A model generated the notes under the pieces. It searched no databases. It had not been told where the DNA came from and was given only the letters and a program-made list of their open reading frames with translations. Below, one piece after another: positions 14,447 through 30,439 of a stretch of 64,000 nucleotides of DNA. The DNA lies in the NCBI RefSeq assembly GCF_009914755.1, contig NC_060937.1. One strand, 5' to 3'. The translations under genes were made by a program, and so were the position numbers. The stretch comes from the human T2T-CHM13v2.0 reference genome, Homo sapiens. Position 1 is the first letter of the stretch. Each line of letters starts with the position of its first letter.

Positions 14447-15419
14447 CTGGTGAATTTTTATGGTGTTGAAAACACATTATAACAGTAAATACGAGTATAT
14501 ATATATATATATATATATATGGTAGAAGCTCAACTATGCATATAACGGAGTAATAGAGAAAATGCTTGAAGGAGGTACTTTAGAAATATTAATGGTACTT
14601 GCTTTTGTGTATTGGAGTAATACAATTTTTCCTCTTTTAAAAAATGTTATGATTTTCTCAGTTTTTAAAAAATGTATGCTTCTTTTAGAACAGGTAAATA
14701 AAATAAAACAAAATAGCATAATTTTTAAAAATATTTTACGCTGTAGTCCCTCTTCAACTTTGAATTTTTTTAAGTCCCATATTCACTTGATCATCTTTTT
14801 CATTTCTAACTCATATTTTTCTTTTCAGTTTTCTTCTTAATGAATTATTCCCATTTGTTAATATTAGGTGGTTAAGCATGAAGGTCAGAAAGTTGAGATA
14901 ATTCAGCCAGTGCTAGAGAAGTTATTATGCAGAAGTTAATGGCTAGCTCTTTTTCAATTTTAATGAGTATATCAACATGATTAAATTATGATGGGATATG
15001 CTTGGCTTGGGACAAATGCCAGCACCCTTCTTTTCAACAGCCATGCCCTTTGGAGTCTTACCATAACTTGAAGAAGATACAGAATGATCTAGACCAGAGG
15101 GTTTTTATTAACATCACCATGACTGGTACACCACTGGTAACTGGGCATCAGGCTTATTCTGAACCAGACATCATTCCAAACTGGACATTTTAAAGTTTGC
15201 TCCATGTTCAGCCCATTTCCCAATACCTCGACGACAGAAAGTAATATCAGAGGCAGAGTCTACCTTCCCCTGTCTTGATTTCTCACCCCGAATTCTGAGA
15301 TGTTCACCTGCTGGTTTCCTTCTGCAGGAGGGGATATCTTATACCCCTTCTCTCACACCTGGGCACTGGAGCAGGCATTGTTCTGTGTCCTAATTTAATC
15401 ATGTTTCCTCTCTCTCTAG

Positions 15420-16083
15420 TGAAAGTACAAACATGAATCTAAAAAAAGGGGGGTCGGAAGGGATCCTGTTCGCCTCCCTTTTCTTAGAGCATTTCCTTTA
15501 TAAGACTTGGAATTGTAAATTCTTTCCCTTTCTGTTTGAGATGTATATAAATACTTTTAAGAGCCAAATAAGCTTCTCACCAGTTCTACAACCTAAAAGA
15601 ATGTTTTCCTTGAGGGCTGTCTCCTTGAAGTAATGTAAACATCAAGGAAGACAAGAGCCTCCGTCTCCCCTTCTCCGTAGAGGGTGGGAGTTTAGACATC
15701 TGGCTCCAAGTTGTAAACCTACCTACTTGTCACGGAAATATGAGAAGTTTTAATTTTCCTTTGGATAAAGGCAATCAGCTCCCACAGATGGCCACCCCAC
15801 TTACCAGGTGAATTTAGGATAAACTATATTTAACAAGTGGTGCTGTCAAGCCTTCTTACTTGAGGACTAGTTATTTCTATCTTGAGAACACGTATGGAAA
15901 GCGGTGATATAAAAGAGGGAGGTATTTTCTGCCTCCGTGATCTCTTTAGCAGATTGCCAGTGATGTGCATTGCAGCCTGCGTTAGAGCTTTTTCAATAAT
16001 AAAACTGGGCTCTCTCTCCTCTACCTTTAAGGAGAGGTTTCGTGGGTTGGCAGGAGATTTTATTCTTAATTATATCCCCCAAA
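15420..16083 (+). mobile_element. ERV1-class solo LTR (MER89/MER90/MER34 group; subfamily uncertain)
   Basis: ccttttcttagagcatt, gtcaagccttcttacttgaggactagttat, TATA-like gatataaaa (~15906), aataaa (~15998), ending ttaattatatcccccaa. The start coordinate is approximate. Confidence 0.65.
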
Positions 16084-16814
16084 CTGGACAGAGGGCAGGC
16101 TACTTAAGGACAGCAAGGCTATGTTATTCTATTAAATTTGACAAACAGTTGACTGGACTCCATGGATGTGTGAGGCACTGCCTGGTCTGATACATAAATA
16201 CAATATTGCACTCACTGCAGTGATGTTTATCACTGAATTAAGCAGACATAGAAGAGAGCACTGTGCTTGGAGTCAGAGAGCTCAGGTAGCAAACAGGCTG
16301 TGCCAGCTATGAGCCACGTGGCAACTGCCAGCCCACAGTGAGTTTCGGTGCTCTCGTTTGTAAAATATTACAAATGTAATAATAGCTCAACAAATTGCAG
16401 CTTTTTTTTCATTTAATTCTCCCCGAGCAACCCTGACATGTAGTATAGCTATACAATGTCTGAAAATATACAGACATAAAATTAGTTATGCAAAGCTAAA
16501 ATAAATTTCTTGGTTTTTCTACAAATGAATTGAATTTGGTGCACAATCCCTCCATTTCTGTTGGGGGCTGGAAACATTATCTTGCTACATCAGTTCCATT
16601 CAGTCCTTTCAAGCTCAGTTACATTTGAATAAATGCTCCTTTTCTTTTTAGGGTAGTTTAAGGTCAAGGTTACCCACTACAAGCTGGGTAATATGTCCTC
16701 CATCCCCCATCAGGGGAACTGATGAGGCTGTACAGGGGGTTTGGGGCTTTCTTTCTGCTGACTTGACCACCATCTCAGCTCCCAAAGCTAAGAGCTCTGA
16801 TTCCCAGTGATGTC

Positions 16815-17280
16815 CTCCATATGCGCTTCCTAGAGTACTGTAACACCGTGCACGGAGTTGGTAGCTTCAAACAACAGACATTTATTTGATCACAATTCTG
16901 GAGGCCAGAGTCCAAAATTGAGTTGTCGGCAAGACCACACTCTCTCCAAAGGCCACGGGGGAGAATACTCCCTTGTCTCTTCCAGCTGCTGGTGGCCTCC
17001 TCTGTCCCTCGGCTTGTGGCTTTGTTAACACCAGTCACTTGGCCTTTATCTAACACCAGTCACAAGGCTTTCTCTCTGTGTCTTGTGCTCTTTTGTGTCT
17101 TACAAGGACGCTTGTCATTGGACTTAGGGCCCACCCAGATAATCCAGGATGATCTCATCACAAGATCCTTAATTTAATTACATCTGCAAAGACTCTTTTT
17201 CCAATAAGGTCGTGTTCATAGGTTCTGTGGGTTAAGCCATGGTCCTATCTTTTGTAGGGGCCCATTTAATCCACTATACT
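16815..17280 (-). mobile_element. MaLR LTR (MLT1-type)
   Basis: aaacaacagacatttatt...cacaattctggaggccagagtcc...gataatccaggatgatctcatc...ttaattacatctgcaaagac. Confidence 0.85.
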
Positions 17281-17292
17281 CTCCACCTGGTC

Positions 17293-17592
17293 TTTTTTTT
17301 TTTTTTTTTTTTGAGACAGGGCCTCACATTGTCACCCAGGCTGGAGTGCAGTGGTGTGATCTCAACTCATGCAGCCTCCACCTCATGGGCTCAAGCGATC
17401 CTCCCACCTCAGCCTCCCAAGTAGCTGGGACTACAGGCACCTACCACCATGCCTGGCTACTTTTTTTTTTTTTTTTATTTTTTGTAGAGACAAGGTTGAC
17501 CAGGCTGGTCTTGAACTCCTGAGCTCATGAGATCCGTGGATCTTGGCCTCCCAAAGTGCTAGGATTACAGGTGTGAGTCACCACGCCTGGCC
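17293..17592 (-). mobile_element. Alu (AluJ-like)
   Basis: Poly-T, gagacagggcctc...gggctcaagcgatcctcccacc...ccacgcctggcc. Confidence 0.95.
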
Positions 17593-18553
17593 TCCGCGTG
17601 GCCTTTGGCTTGGGCTGTTGTTCCCACAACACATGTATTAGCTCTCAACTCAGGGAAACTCAGAAAGGGCTGTCATTCCACTTGGAACTAACGGAGACTT
17701 GTTCTTGTGGGATATTCCGGGCCTCTCCACCGAGAACTCTCAGGCAGCTGCCCAACTCTGCCCTGGCTGCCCCTGGCCCATGTGGGGCCCCCAGCAAGGT
17801 TCTCTCCCCATCAGGTTCCAAGAAGAATTAGGGTCAAGTCTTGGATGTCAAAACACACCTGTGTGGGTACCAACACTGCCGATGCTCCCAAGTGAGGTGT
17901 GTGGGCATCTCCCACGGAAACACGCTTTGTCTCTCTCTCTCTCTGCATCTGTCTCTCTCATGCTCCATCCCAGAAATCAGTCTTATTTCTTCTCAGAAAG
18001 CAGAAACGTGAAAGAAAATTGGAGAGCGGATGGGAAGGGCGGCCACGCAAGTGTGAAGAAGGAGGACCAGAAATGAAGCCCCATCATAAATTCACACATT
18101 TAGTTCTGTACCATTTTGAAGCATTTAGACTTGGAGAGCCCATCTGGGCACATGGGCCAGGGGGGCACTTTCCGAACACTACTTATCGAAGATTGTGAGA
18201 CAATGACAGAGAGCCAAGGATGCTCTCCCAAGCCACGCAGATGCCAAGGAGAAGACTGATTTTGGAAAAGAGCTGTGAGGAACGCATTCCAGGTGGTGTG
18301 GTGAGGGCCTGGTGAGTAAGTCTGGCCAGAGTCTGGCTTCCAGGCAGAGGGTTTGGAGGCTGGAGAGGAAGGCAGGATGGACAGGCGTCTTGAGTGCCAC
18401 AGAGGTCACGGATAAGAGAGGGAGGCTGGAATAATCACAAAGTGATGACATCAGTTTCTTTCTGCTAAATTTTTCCTTTTAAAAGTTCTGGGGCTTTTTG
18501 TGTGTGTGTTTTTGTTTTTAATGCATGTAATGCAGCAAGTTTAAACTGGCTCA

Positions 18554-18860
18554 GCTGGGCATGGTGACTCATGCGTGTAATCCTAGCAGTTTGGGAAGCT
18601 GAGGCAGGATTGCTTGACCCCAGGAATTTGAGACCAGCCTGGGCAACCCTGTCTCTCAAAAAAAAAAAAAACAAAAATTAGTCAGGCATGGTGGCGCATG
18701 CCTGTGGCCCCAGCTACTTGGGAGGAGGCTGAGGTGGGAGGATTTCTTGAGCCTGGGAGGTCGAGGCTGCAGTGAGCTGTGAATGTGCCACTGCACTCTA
18801 GGCCTGGATGGCAGAGCAAGTCCCTGTCTCCAAAAACTAAAAACAAACAAAACAAAAAAA
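18554..18860 (+). mobile_element. Alu (AluJ-like, internal deletions)
   Basis: TSD taaactggctca at 18542-18553 and 18861-18872. Confidence 0.93.
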
Positions 18861-18939
18861 TAAACTGGCTCACTGAAATAGTAACTAGACAAGGTTAAGT
18901 GCAGTTTGACAAAATGTTATTAGATATATAATGTTTTCT

Positions 18940-19374
<435 letters not shown>

Positions 19375-20541
19375 TCAAGGCAGATGCATTTGATATTTGC
19401 TGTGGATAGGAGAAGGCAAGACTCCTAAAGGAAGAGCTTTGGCTTCTCTGGGAAAACGCTGCGTGACTTCACAACAGGAAGGCCCAAACTTAAAGAATTA
19501 GAACAAACTCTTGGGGAGGCAACAAATTTAAAAATAATATAATAAAGTTTGAAGTTTGCTTGAAAGTAGCATAAACCTAATTTTATTCAGCAAATATCTT
19601 TGTTTAGGCATCATTTTTCAATTAATTTGACAGTGGCATGACAAAAGCACAAACTTACAAAACAGAAACTGGTTCAAGATGTATGTGTGTGGTAGGGGGC
19701 TTGGGTTTCCGCTGAAGCCCTATTTGAATGTGGACTTTCAGATTGATCCTCATCAAACTGTCCCTGGCATGTAGGGCACTGTGATAAGGTGGCAACTGGC
19801 ACTCCGGGTGAGAGATGACTGAAGTCTGACCCAAGGCTTTGGCTGTGTCTTTGCAATGGAAACAGAAGATTCAGGAGGTGCAGGGTGAGTCTGTAGCTGA
19901 TTGCCAGGAGGTGAGAATGACTTTGCGGTTCTTTTCTCACAGACTCTAATAAGGTGACAATAAGCACTGCGATAAAGGGTAGAAGTGAAGGAAGAATGGC
20001 AGCTTGGTGTCCATCATATTTAATTTATGTTATCAATGATACAGTATTTTCCTACAAACCCAGTGCAATGTGGATTTGGACTGAAAGAGCAGGTCGACCT
20101 GGGTGTCAGACACTTGCCAACACATGGTATGGAAAGTCATGGGAGTGGGTGACAAGCCCTCATTCTGAAAGGAAGAACCATTTTTCAGTTCTCTGAGTGT
20201 TCTCATTTATTCTGTTTTTACAGAAAGCTGAGGTAATGCTCATTAGTAATCAGAACCCATTACAGCGATGTCTGCATATTACCTTCAGCTAATGTTTACC
20301 TACACTACCACATGTTGCTGTGCCAAAAGGTTTTTCTATAGCCACTAAATGTGATTTACAGGTTCATATTAAAACGGTATTGATGTAATAAAGGAATTTT
20401 ACAGGGACTTGCCACATTAAATCACAGGAGTGTCATCATATGTATAAAACACTTTTACCTTTGTGTTTTGACTGTTCTAAATTATGCAACTAATTTGCTT
20501 TGCATTATTTATTTCTTAATATTTAGATTTATGTGATATTT

Positions 20542-20906
<365 letters not shown>

Positions 20907-23900
20907 TAATTTCAGGGGAAAAAGGCTAATGACACCACCTTTCATCTCCTCTTGAACCCTGCTAAGTACATGTATGCTTTCAACACAGTGGTGTTTAGTT
21001 TGTACAATGCTGTAAAAAAGAAAGCCAAATATCTATTTTTTCATGCATTTACTATTTGGCACTTTTAACAGGTCTATAGCGTTTGATCATATTAATATGC
21101 AACACAGCATTTGTCCTACTGTGTAATATACAGCTGATGTATGTATCCACTTTTTAATTTTATGACCGATATTGATACATTATGAATCAGTGATGTCAAT
21201 GAAAAAGTGGAGAATAACAATGTATTTCAGATATCTAATTCTTTATTTCCCTCAGATTATAATGCCCATTGCTAAGGTATGTTTAGCATTGACAATGCAT
21301 TCAGTGTGGAAAATGCCACATTATCAGGCCTGCTGAAGTCTGGGAAGTCTCTCTCAGAATATTTATGAATGATATAATAGGATTTTGACCTTTCAGCTTA
21401 GTGGATTTCAAAAGCGTAATTTTCCAGGTTCAAACTGGTACCTGGACCAGGGTCTCACAGGCGTTTGATTTCTCTAATATTCTTTATGACGCTCCTCTTT
21501 CTCTAATACCTCCTCTTCCTTTTTCTCCTCTGAAACAGCCCAGATTCACCTCAGTTAATGCTGTGGTAGTTATTTGCTCTGTTTAAGTTTTATACATGTG
21601 ACCACAGATATATTTATTTTTTTTCTATTTAACTACAATAAATTTCAGTCAAATTCAATAAATTACTGAAATAGTTGCATTTGCAAGTATAATTATTTCT
21701 TCCAATTTTGTTGTGATGCAGATCATTTTGTCCAACATAATGTAGTTCTCATTCCCTCGGAATAAGACTTTTGGATTAGCATGATTCAAACAGCTGAAAA
21801 GTATGATTTATTTTTGCAAGAGGGCAGCCTTGTCATTCACAATGGATTTTCTGGTTGAAAATTTCTCTCCCTGCAGCAACATATCCTATTTTACATTCTC
21901 TCTGACTCTGCAGATAGCCATGACCTTACCCTATATAGCTTTCCCTTTTCAGTTTTCTTTCTTTTTATAAAGTTTAATTTTATGATTTTTTTCCTTTTAT
22001 ATAGCTTAAAGATGTCCCTTTAGCTGAAATTTCACCTTTAATCTTATTTTCTTCTTTGCTGTGAACTTTATTAATAATTTCTTATCTTTAAATTATTTTG
22101 AAATATACACTAGAAACACAGCAGGAATCAATGTCCCACACTCTTGTGTTTTTCTTTTCCTGTTTACCATTTATAATCACCCTATCCTAAGCTGTCTTGC
22201 CGCCTGTGGTATGAAACAATTTCACTTTTTATATGGGTCAACAAAAAGTCAAATGTAATCAGCGCAGTGTAAAATGGGATACGTTCAACACAGATGCACT
22301 TTTAAATGAATTCTATACAATCAAGTTATTTAATTTACACTTTGGAATGCCCATTTGTGTCAGCAAAATATGACTATTCTCAGCAAGCTGCCACTACCGA
22401 GGCAAAATCAAGAGATTGCTGTGTTAATTTCAGCACTTCAAAGGTAACAAAAAGACTACCCACAATGAACGCTTAATTACATTTTCTTTCTTTTCAGTAT
22501 TCACATCACAGGGCTTTCCTTTGAAACAGTAATAGACAGAAAAACATTGCAGGAAAAATGGAGTCTTTCAACTTGTTAGGTCTTCCATAGTCCCTATCCC
22601 CAAATCATTGGCAAAGATGGGGAAAAAGATGAATTTAACAAGCATTCAATAAACTGCAATCAGTCAGGACAGAAATACAGAATACATACCTGGCGGAAGA
22701 GAGAGATGTTTGAAAGGGACAATACATGGAGGTTATGAATATGCATTTGCTATATACTTCAGCTTGATTTTCATTGTGGGCTGAAAATTGGTGCCCCCAG
22801 GGGTGATGAAATAGCCTGCTGTTCTTTATTCCAGAACAAGCTGCAACCACACATTTTATTTTTCGCTGCTTGGCACATGCCTGTCCCTGGGAAGACTAAA
22901 TCAGGAACTCATCAAGTTGTATGGCACCACTGTTCGGTGTGAACAAAAGACACATCAGAGCTTGTATGTTTACACAGACTACTTTTTTTTTCCCTTCTCA
23001 CCCATTTGGGTTAAAATGCGTTGTAGCATTTTGTAAAAGGAAACATACAATTAAACAAAAATGCTCATTTTAAGGTAAGTTCAGCTCTGAAGACAGGCTT
23101 ATGGAATATTTTAACTTGTGAAGTTTAGTTTTTAGGGGCATGCAATGTGTGTGTAACACAGACCTGTCACCCTCACGCATGTGTTTATATGTTAGCCCAC
23201 AGACTATCTCCAGCTGTTTCACTGCCACTACTTTTGATATTTCTCATAAGGCAGATTGGGAACAACTGGGAAGCAGATGTTTATTGATCACATAGCAAGT
23301 AGCAATGTACACATGCCTCTCTTACCATTTGCATCTTTAGGCCTTGGAACCACTGGTTTTATTTGTTTGTTGGTTAGCCTGTCTGTGTTCGTTATTGCTA
23401 ATTTCCAATTATTTGTAGCCCCTAAGAGGACATGAATTAAGCTCTTTCCCACTTTGGCCAGGACGTAGGTTAGTACCTGCACGTGGTAGTAGAGGTTCAG
23501 TAAAACTGTATCAAATCAAATTGAACTCACTTCATAAAGCCCATTACAGTAACTGTTAGTCTAAGGGTACAAAGGAAAAGAGAAACAACTGCTGACCATG
23601 TTTTAAGCAAAATTTTTTGTGAACTGGGGAAGTGACTTCAGTATTAGACTTTTTTTGGGTAGTATAGAAGTGATAATCTTTGTTTTAATTTAGTTATATA
23701 GTGTTTCCTTTTATTAAATTATATATCATTTAAAAAATAATTTAGAAATTTAAAAGTTTGAACAGTTTACCTTTTTTGTGTTAGACTTCATAATCAGATA
23801 AATCAAATAAATATTCTAAACCTTGCAGTTTCTCATATAAATCTGAGAAAAATTGATTTGAGTTTTATTTAAACAGTATATTTCATCTAGCTTATGCTAT

Positions 23901-24131
23901 ATCTAACTAGTAAGTAGAGATGAGCTAAAGACTTAAAGGTGAAAAGCAAAAATTGTAAACAATTAGAAGAAGATATAGGAGAATATTTGTATTACCTCAG
24001 GTGGGAAAGAATTCCTTAAGCATGAGGTCAAAATAAATACAGACCATCAGTGAAAAACCGATAGTTTTGACCTAATTTGATCATTCCACAATGTATGCAT
24101 GTATCAAAACATCACGTTGTACCCCATAAAT

Positions 24132-24470
24132 ACAGTAGGCCCCCCCCTTATCCACTGTCTCACTTTCTGTAGTTTCAGTTCCCTGTGGTCAGCCACAGCC
24201 TGAAAATATTAAGACATTTTGAAAAGGAGAGATGGAGACAGAGAGAGAATGCGTATTCACATAACTTTTATTACAGTATATTGTCATAACTGTTCTATTT
24301 TGTTATTATTGTTGTTGATTTCTTACTATGCCTCATTTACAAATTAAACTTTATCAAAGTTATGTATGTATAATAAAACACATAGTATATATAGGGTTCT
24401 GTACTATCCATGGTTTCAGGTATCTACTGGGAATCTTGGAAAGTTTCCCTTGGGGACAAAGGAGGACTAC
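24132..24470. mobile_element. TcMar-Tigger relic (MER44-like)
   Basis: Terminal cagtaggcccccccttatcc and ggacaaaggaggactacta form degenerate inverted repeats, with TA flanks. Confidence 0.8.
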
Positions 24471-24896
24471 TATATATACAATTATTATTTGTTAACTAAA
24501 AATGAAATAAAAATATATAGAATGTCAAAAGACATCACAGACAAACTGGAAGACAAAATACTGCCTAAGAGAGGATATTCGCAACACATGTAATAGTCAA
24601 GAGATTAATATCCAACAAATATCCAATAAATGAGTTAAGACAAATTTGTTTTTAGGAAAATAGGTAAAGCAAACAATTGAGTCACAAAAAAGATGGTCAA
24701 TAAACATAGTAAGAGGTGCTCCCTTATTAATAATTATGGAAATGCAAAAATGCAAGCCCAATTGATACCAGTGTTCACTCATAAGATTGCCAAAACCTCA
24801 CATGTCAAACAATGTGACGTCTAAGTGAGAGTGTAAGAACACAGGAATTCTCAACTATTGCACTTGGGAGGGTAAATTAGCACAATTTATCTATAG

Positions 24897-25087
24897 AGCA
24901 GGAGTCCACAGTGTTTTCTTAAAGGTCCAGACAGTAAACATTTTAGACGTTGAGGGTCATGAGGCAATACTGAGGATATTCTGTGGGTACCTGTATAACC
25001 ACTAAATTATAGAAACCATTTTTAGCTCACAGGTTGTATAATACAGGTGGTGGGCTGGATTTGGTATCTGGGCTTGCAGGTCCCTAG
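24897..25087. mobile_element. hAT-Charlie relic (MER58-like)
   Basis: ttttcttaaaggtccagacagtaaacattttag...acaggtggtgggctggatttgg. Confidence 0.7.
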
Positions 25088-25640
25088 TATAGAGCAATTT
25101 GGGCAGTACCTAAGATCTAAGCATTCTACTTTTGGACATATATCCTAGAGAAATTCACATAAGTGGGCACGATACATAAATGTATTGCAGCATTATAAAA
25201 GTACAACTTTGGAAAACAGCCTAAATAGCCATCAGAAAGGGAACTGATAAACAAATATGGCATATTCACAGTCCGCGGAGTACCATACGGCTCTCTATAA
25301 CAATGACCAAATTAGCTTCATGTGGAGTAAGATAAAAAGATCTCAGAAAAAAATAGCCAGTGAAAAATTTAACTGCAGAATATATGTTGAGTTTGATACC
25401 ATTTGTTCTAAAAATTGCTGCCACAAATAATTGATAAGGAGGGAAACACATGACCATGTATAACTTGGCCCCAGCATGGACTTATAGGGAGAGAAGTATG
25501 TATTACCAGACCACTCCCCTAGGGATGGCCATCAGTTGACTGGAGCAGTGCTTTGCAAACTAAGAAAACTTAATATTAATCTTCAGAATTTTGGGCATAA
25601 AATGTATTTAGATGGTAACCTTAAGTTTAAAATACTATAT

Positions 25641-25782
25641 GTATACATATATATACACACACATATATATACATATATACACACACATATATATACATAT
25701 ATACACACATATATACATATATACACATATATACACACACACACGTGTGTGTGTGTGTCTGTGTGTGTGTATATATATATAT
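25641..25782. repeat. Compound (TA)/(CA)/(TG) microsatellite with a central palindrome
   Basis: About 140 bp of near-continuous alternating purine-pyrimidine; perfect 24-bp palindrome (AC)6(GT)6 at 25733-25756. Confidence 0.95.
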
Positions 25783-26075
<293 letters not shown>

Positions 26076-27989
26076 ATAAATACTATATTTTTAATGGATG
26101 CATATATGTGTGGGAAACCTCTGCATTTCATTGATTTTAAGATGCACATTTACTTTCACCTTTTAAAAACTCTGAAGTAGGGATGCCCCTTATCCTCTAT
26201 GTGTATAGTTTAATTGTTTTTCTCTTTAGTGTTACACAAACTGAGTCTTCTACTGAATGACAGAATGTTAAATTTAGTGAAATATGTTCTAAAAATTGGA
26301 AAATGAATTTATATTAAAATTATCAGAGTCATTGCCTGGGAGAAGAGGTATAGGGAAGGAGAGAAAGAAGAAGAATGGAAATTAATTCAGGAAGGGGCAT
26401 AAATGATACCCTAATAAATGATACTTGCGTAAATTAAAAATATCTGAACATAATATAAATTTAACATTTATTAATATATGGCTTTAAATGCACAAAGCGT
26501 CTTATCTACATTTAAAGGGGCTCAGTGCTGGTGCTCTAAAACATCCTCAGAAATACAGGGTTAACTCGCAGATACATGACAACCTTGGAAACTGGGTGTA
26601 TTGTGAATTATTATCCTCACTTTCCGATACAAACAACAGAGAGATCAGGGAAGTTATGTGAGTCTTCAGAAATCAGATATCGAGTGACCAGCAGAGCTAG
26701 AACCTGAATCTGGATTTTTGCCTTCCAATTTCATAGTCTTGTACGACACCACATTTACCAAACTGTTCTCGTTAACATGTAGACTTCTGAATTCTCAATT
26801 GCCTTACAGACTTTTAAAAAGTGTGAATAAAAGAACAAGTTATTTCAATTTTCAGTTTTAACTTATAACTGTTGTTTGAAAATTGCAATAAAAAAGTTAG
26901 AACAGATGTTTTGGGTAGATACTTAAATCAGTAAGTGGAAAGAGTAGAATTAGAGATTGGTTTTCATCTTGTGCTCTGTGGATTCCTAAAGCCTCAGGTG
27001 AACCCCAGGAGTCCTTGGATGAACTTTAAGTGATCTATAACCAATGCCATATTTTAGCCCATAAAGAAGATTTAGATTGCCCAAGAAGGCTATATACCAG
27101 TTTTAATATTTTATTTTATTATATTAGTGACCCCAGTAGAATTTTCACTTGAAAAAATATTACTTTACTAAATAATGTAATAGGCTAGTTTTTTCTTCCA
27201 GCTTTCATTTTTTGTGTCCCTGATTTAAGAATCAAACATATATCTGAGTGTGAAACATTTTCAGTGAGGAAAGTAAACCATTTTGTTGCTTTATTAGGAA
27301 AACGATTAGGTTGATTACTATAAAATAATTAGATTGATATTCCCTGACATAGATGATTTCAATGAAATCTATCCTGCATTTAACCCACAATCAACAGTCT
27401 GAGCAATTCCATAGTTTTAGAGTAACTTAAACACAAGTAGCTTAATAAACTTAGTTGAACGCATAAATGATGTGTAAATGAATGGATGAATGAATAAATG
27501 GCACAGGCTTAAAGGTCCTGGAAGGGAAGATGCAAAGACCCCAGGGCTAAGTGTTGTGCAAACACCAGCACAGCCAGATTCAGCTTTGCAAGCCAGGCTT
27601 CCATTCCTATTGCACAATGTTCCTATCTTTCGCGTAACTTTTAAAAGTCAACTCCATGTATAAAAAGGCCAAAACTATGTCTATGTAGTTCTACTGTTTG
27701 AGCCCATGACTTCACACCATGTAACAATGAATTCTCATTAACTTTTTGGTGGACATGTCTTAGTTTTGAAAGCCTCTGTCTGTCTATAGCAAACACAACT
27801 TCTAAGTTATATCTAGTTTATCAAGGACTTATTTCATTCATAGATATTTAGAATTAAAACTGACCTTAGAGATTATATGTAATTTGTTTGATGTGAGTGA
27901 TTCTTTGGCAGAAGTTTGATTTGACAAAGACATTTTTTCAGACAACTTTAAACTTCATTATCCAGGGAAGCAATAATAATTAGCTGCAA

Positions 27990-28190
27990 GACTAAGGACC
28001 AAATCTAGATCAGACAGACCTGGGAACACTCTGGTCATATTTACATTCCATGTGACATCAGATAAATTACTAAACTCTTCTGAGTATCAGTTTTATCATC
28101 TGTTAACTGGGAATACTATCTAATCGGGTGTTCCAAAGATTAGCAATAATATTGTAAGATATTTTGTAACTGTAAGACATATTGCCAAAA
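27990..28190 (+). mobile_element. MIR
   Basis: cagacagacctggg...tgtgacatcagataaattactaaactcttctgagtatcagttttatcatctgttaactggg. Confidence 0.7.
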
Positions 28191-28891
28191 ACAATAGTAG
28201 CAGTTGTATTTATTTCTTGTATTCCTGATAAAGGGAAACATTTGAGTCCTCAACTTGGAACTTCTAACGTGATGTTAGAACTTAGGTTTGCTTCTTAAAT
28301 ATGAACAAATTTATTACATAGAGATGAGCATTTGGTATTACATTCCTTAGTAAGTCACAGGCTGCATTTCATAACATTTTTTCTTTGTTTTTAATGGAAG
28401 TATATTGAAGAGAAAAATCTGCTTGTGTGACAGAAGTCGGTTCTTACTGGACTTTGGTATTCAGTTTTCTTGTGCTTTTACAATACTTGCAGCAATGTGT
28501 TTTATTTTTTTCCATGTGTTTTTTTCCAGTCGCACATAGCACAAAACCACTGTGCTGATTTCTAATTAACTGACTGCACCCTGAGGTCTATAGCTTCTGT
28601 CTTCAGTTTAATTACAGCTGTGAAGAGGATGCAGTGAAACTGAAGACAGTGTCTCTACATGAGAAAAAAAATAATAATGGAGTTCCGGTTTGATCCTGAG
28701 ATCATCTAGGTGTGAATGCTTGGGGATACTTAAATTGGTATGTAAATGTGAGATTTTCATTTTGTTCTGTCTTGTTTTCCCTCTTACAAACACTGGTACC
28801 TGATGGAGAAAATATCTAACTTAACAAATCAAGCAGTTCTTTGATGTGTAGAAACTTAGAATGGAAGGAGGGATCTCATCCAACCAGATTA

Positions 28892-29143
<252 letters not shown>

Positions 29144-30199
29144 CTAAGAGGAAAAGAACAAAGGTATTACACACTAGCTTTAGGCTTGCATACAACTTCA
29201 AATTAGCATGTGATGTTTGAAGACTTTGATCTCAATATTATTGATTTTTATCTGATCAGGGCAAGAACAGTCTTGATTCAACACATAGGAAAGATATAAG
29301 AATAAAGATCTTAAAAATGTGATATTTAACTATTTGATGTGGAATAAGAAAATAATTACCCTGAATTAAAATTAGTTTTGTTCGCAGTAAATGCTGTTGA
29401 GCAAATTAGAAACAAATTCAAGATCTTTGGTTTTTGCCGTTAATTTTTTTCCTTTCAGCAAGCTATCTAACATTTTCAACAGATTACTTTTTCTTTGTTC
29501 CTGCTGCTAAGAGAAACTTATTTTTATAGTGAATTACACTTGTCTAAGGCATATAAAGGCATATAATTTTATTTTTATGGTACCTTTCTATCATATTATT
29601 TTAGCTATCATATTAAAAACATGGGACTCTTTAAAAAAGAAATATTTCTAAGTGATATTGCCACACTGGACAGCTTGAAGACAAACACATTTTTCATGAT
29701 TTAAAAAAAGTTTCAAGGCACAGGGTCAAGATCATGGAAGAAGCCAAGACCAAAAAAACAAACAAACAAACAAAAAAGAAATAAAAAATAGAGCATTCCA
29801 ACAAAGGCCAGCCAAGCTAAAAATCTCACACACTTTCTGCCAATATCTTTGGCTAGTTTCATTCTTACATATTTTTCTAATTAAATATATGTGTATCTGT
29901 GAGTCTCCAACTCATGTATCCTATACACATTAGTAGTCAATAAATACTTTTTAATGAGACTATGATGATATCTGGAGCAAGTTGCCCCACTGGAGTCTAG
30001 TGACTCTTTAAAAACATCTTTATAGACTTCAGTACGATAAAGACATAAATTGAATTCTCAGATATTGGGATTCCAATAAATAAAGTCCAGGATAATGCAA
30101 GGATGGACTGAGACCAAGACAGAAACCCAGTTACACTGGGGGACCTAAAGATAGACCTAATCTGGTAAAGATGATTTCATCTGATTCCTTCTTTTTTTT

Positions 30200-30340
30200 T
30201 TTTTTTTGAAGATAAGGAAAATGAGGCTCAAAGATGTTAAGTGATTATCCCAAAGTCACACTATTAATTTCTGGCACTAATAGAAGTAGCACCCAGGCAT
30301 TAGGACTCCAAAGTAAGTACTTTTCCAAATATTGCATCCT
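30200..30340 (-). mobile_element. MIR
   Basis: gataaggaaaatgaggctcaaagatgttaagtgattatcccaaagtcacac. Confidence 0.75.
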
Positions 30341-30405
30341 GCATTCAGTGAAGTCTACCCAGGATCTACCAGGCCTAATTACATAGTAATCTAAGTATAA
30401 TTTTC

Positions 30406-30439
30406 ACACTTGATCTTAGCCAAAAGGCTGAGAAGCGAC
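30406..30439 (-). pseudogene. 3'-truncated (tailless) U2 snRNA retropseudogene, ~34 nt
   Basis: The reverse complement reads gTCGCTTCTCaGCCTTTTGGCTAAGATCAAGTGT, against the U2 5' end ATCGCTTCTCGGCCTTTTGGCTAAGATCAAGTGT. Degenerate 15-bp TSD ctaagtataattttc / ctaactgtaatttcc. Confidence 0.92.

Larger units (their letters stand above)
23900..25420 (+). mobile_element. Ancient L1M (L1ME-like) fragments, interrupted by DNA transposon relics
   Basis: taaagacttaaaggtgaaaag...tagaagaagatataggagaatat; gaaatgcaaa; aattctcaactattg; cattctacttttggacatatatcctagagaaa. Confidence 0.6.

Noticed and set aside
17598-18451. Several overlapping ORFs in a GC-richer patch, and a CTCF-like ccaggggggcac at ~18157
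   Set aside because: No recognisable protein similarity, the GC level explains the ORF density, and the CTCF match is poor in the 5' half of the core.
22428-22450. TTCAGCAC as a possible REST/RE1 site
   Set aside because: The right half-site (GGACAG) is absent.
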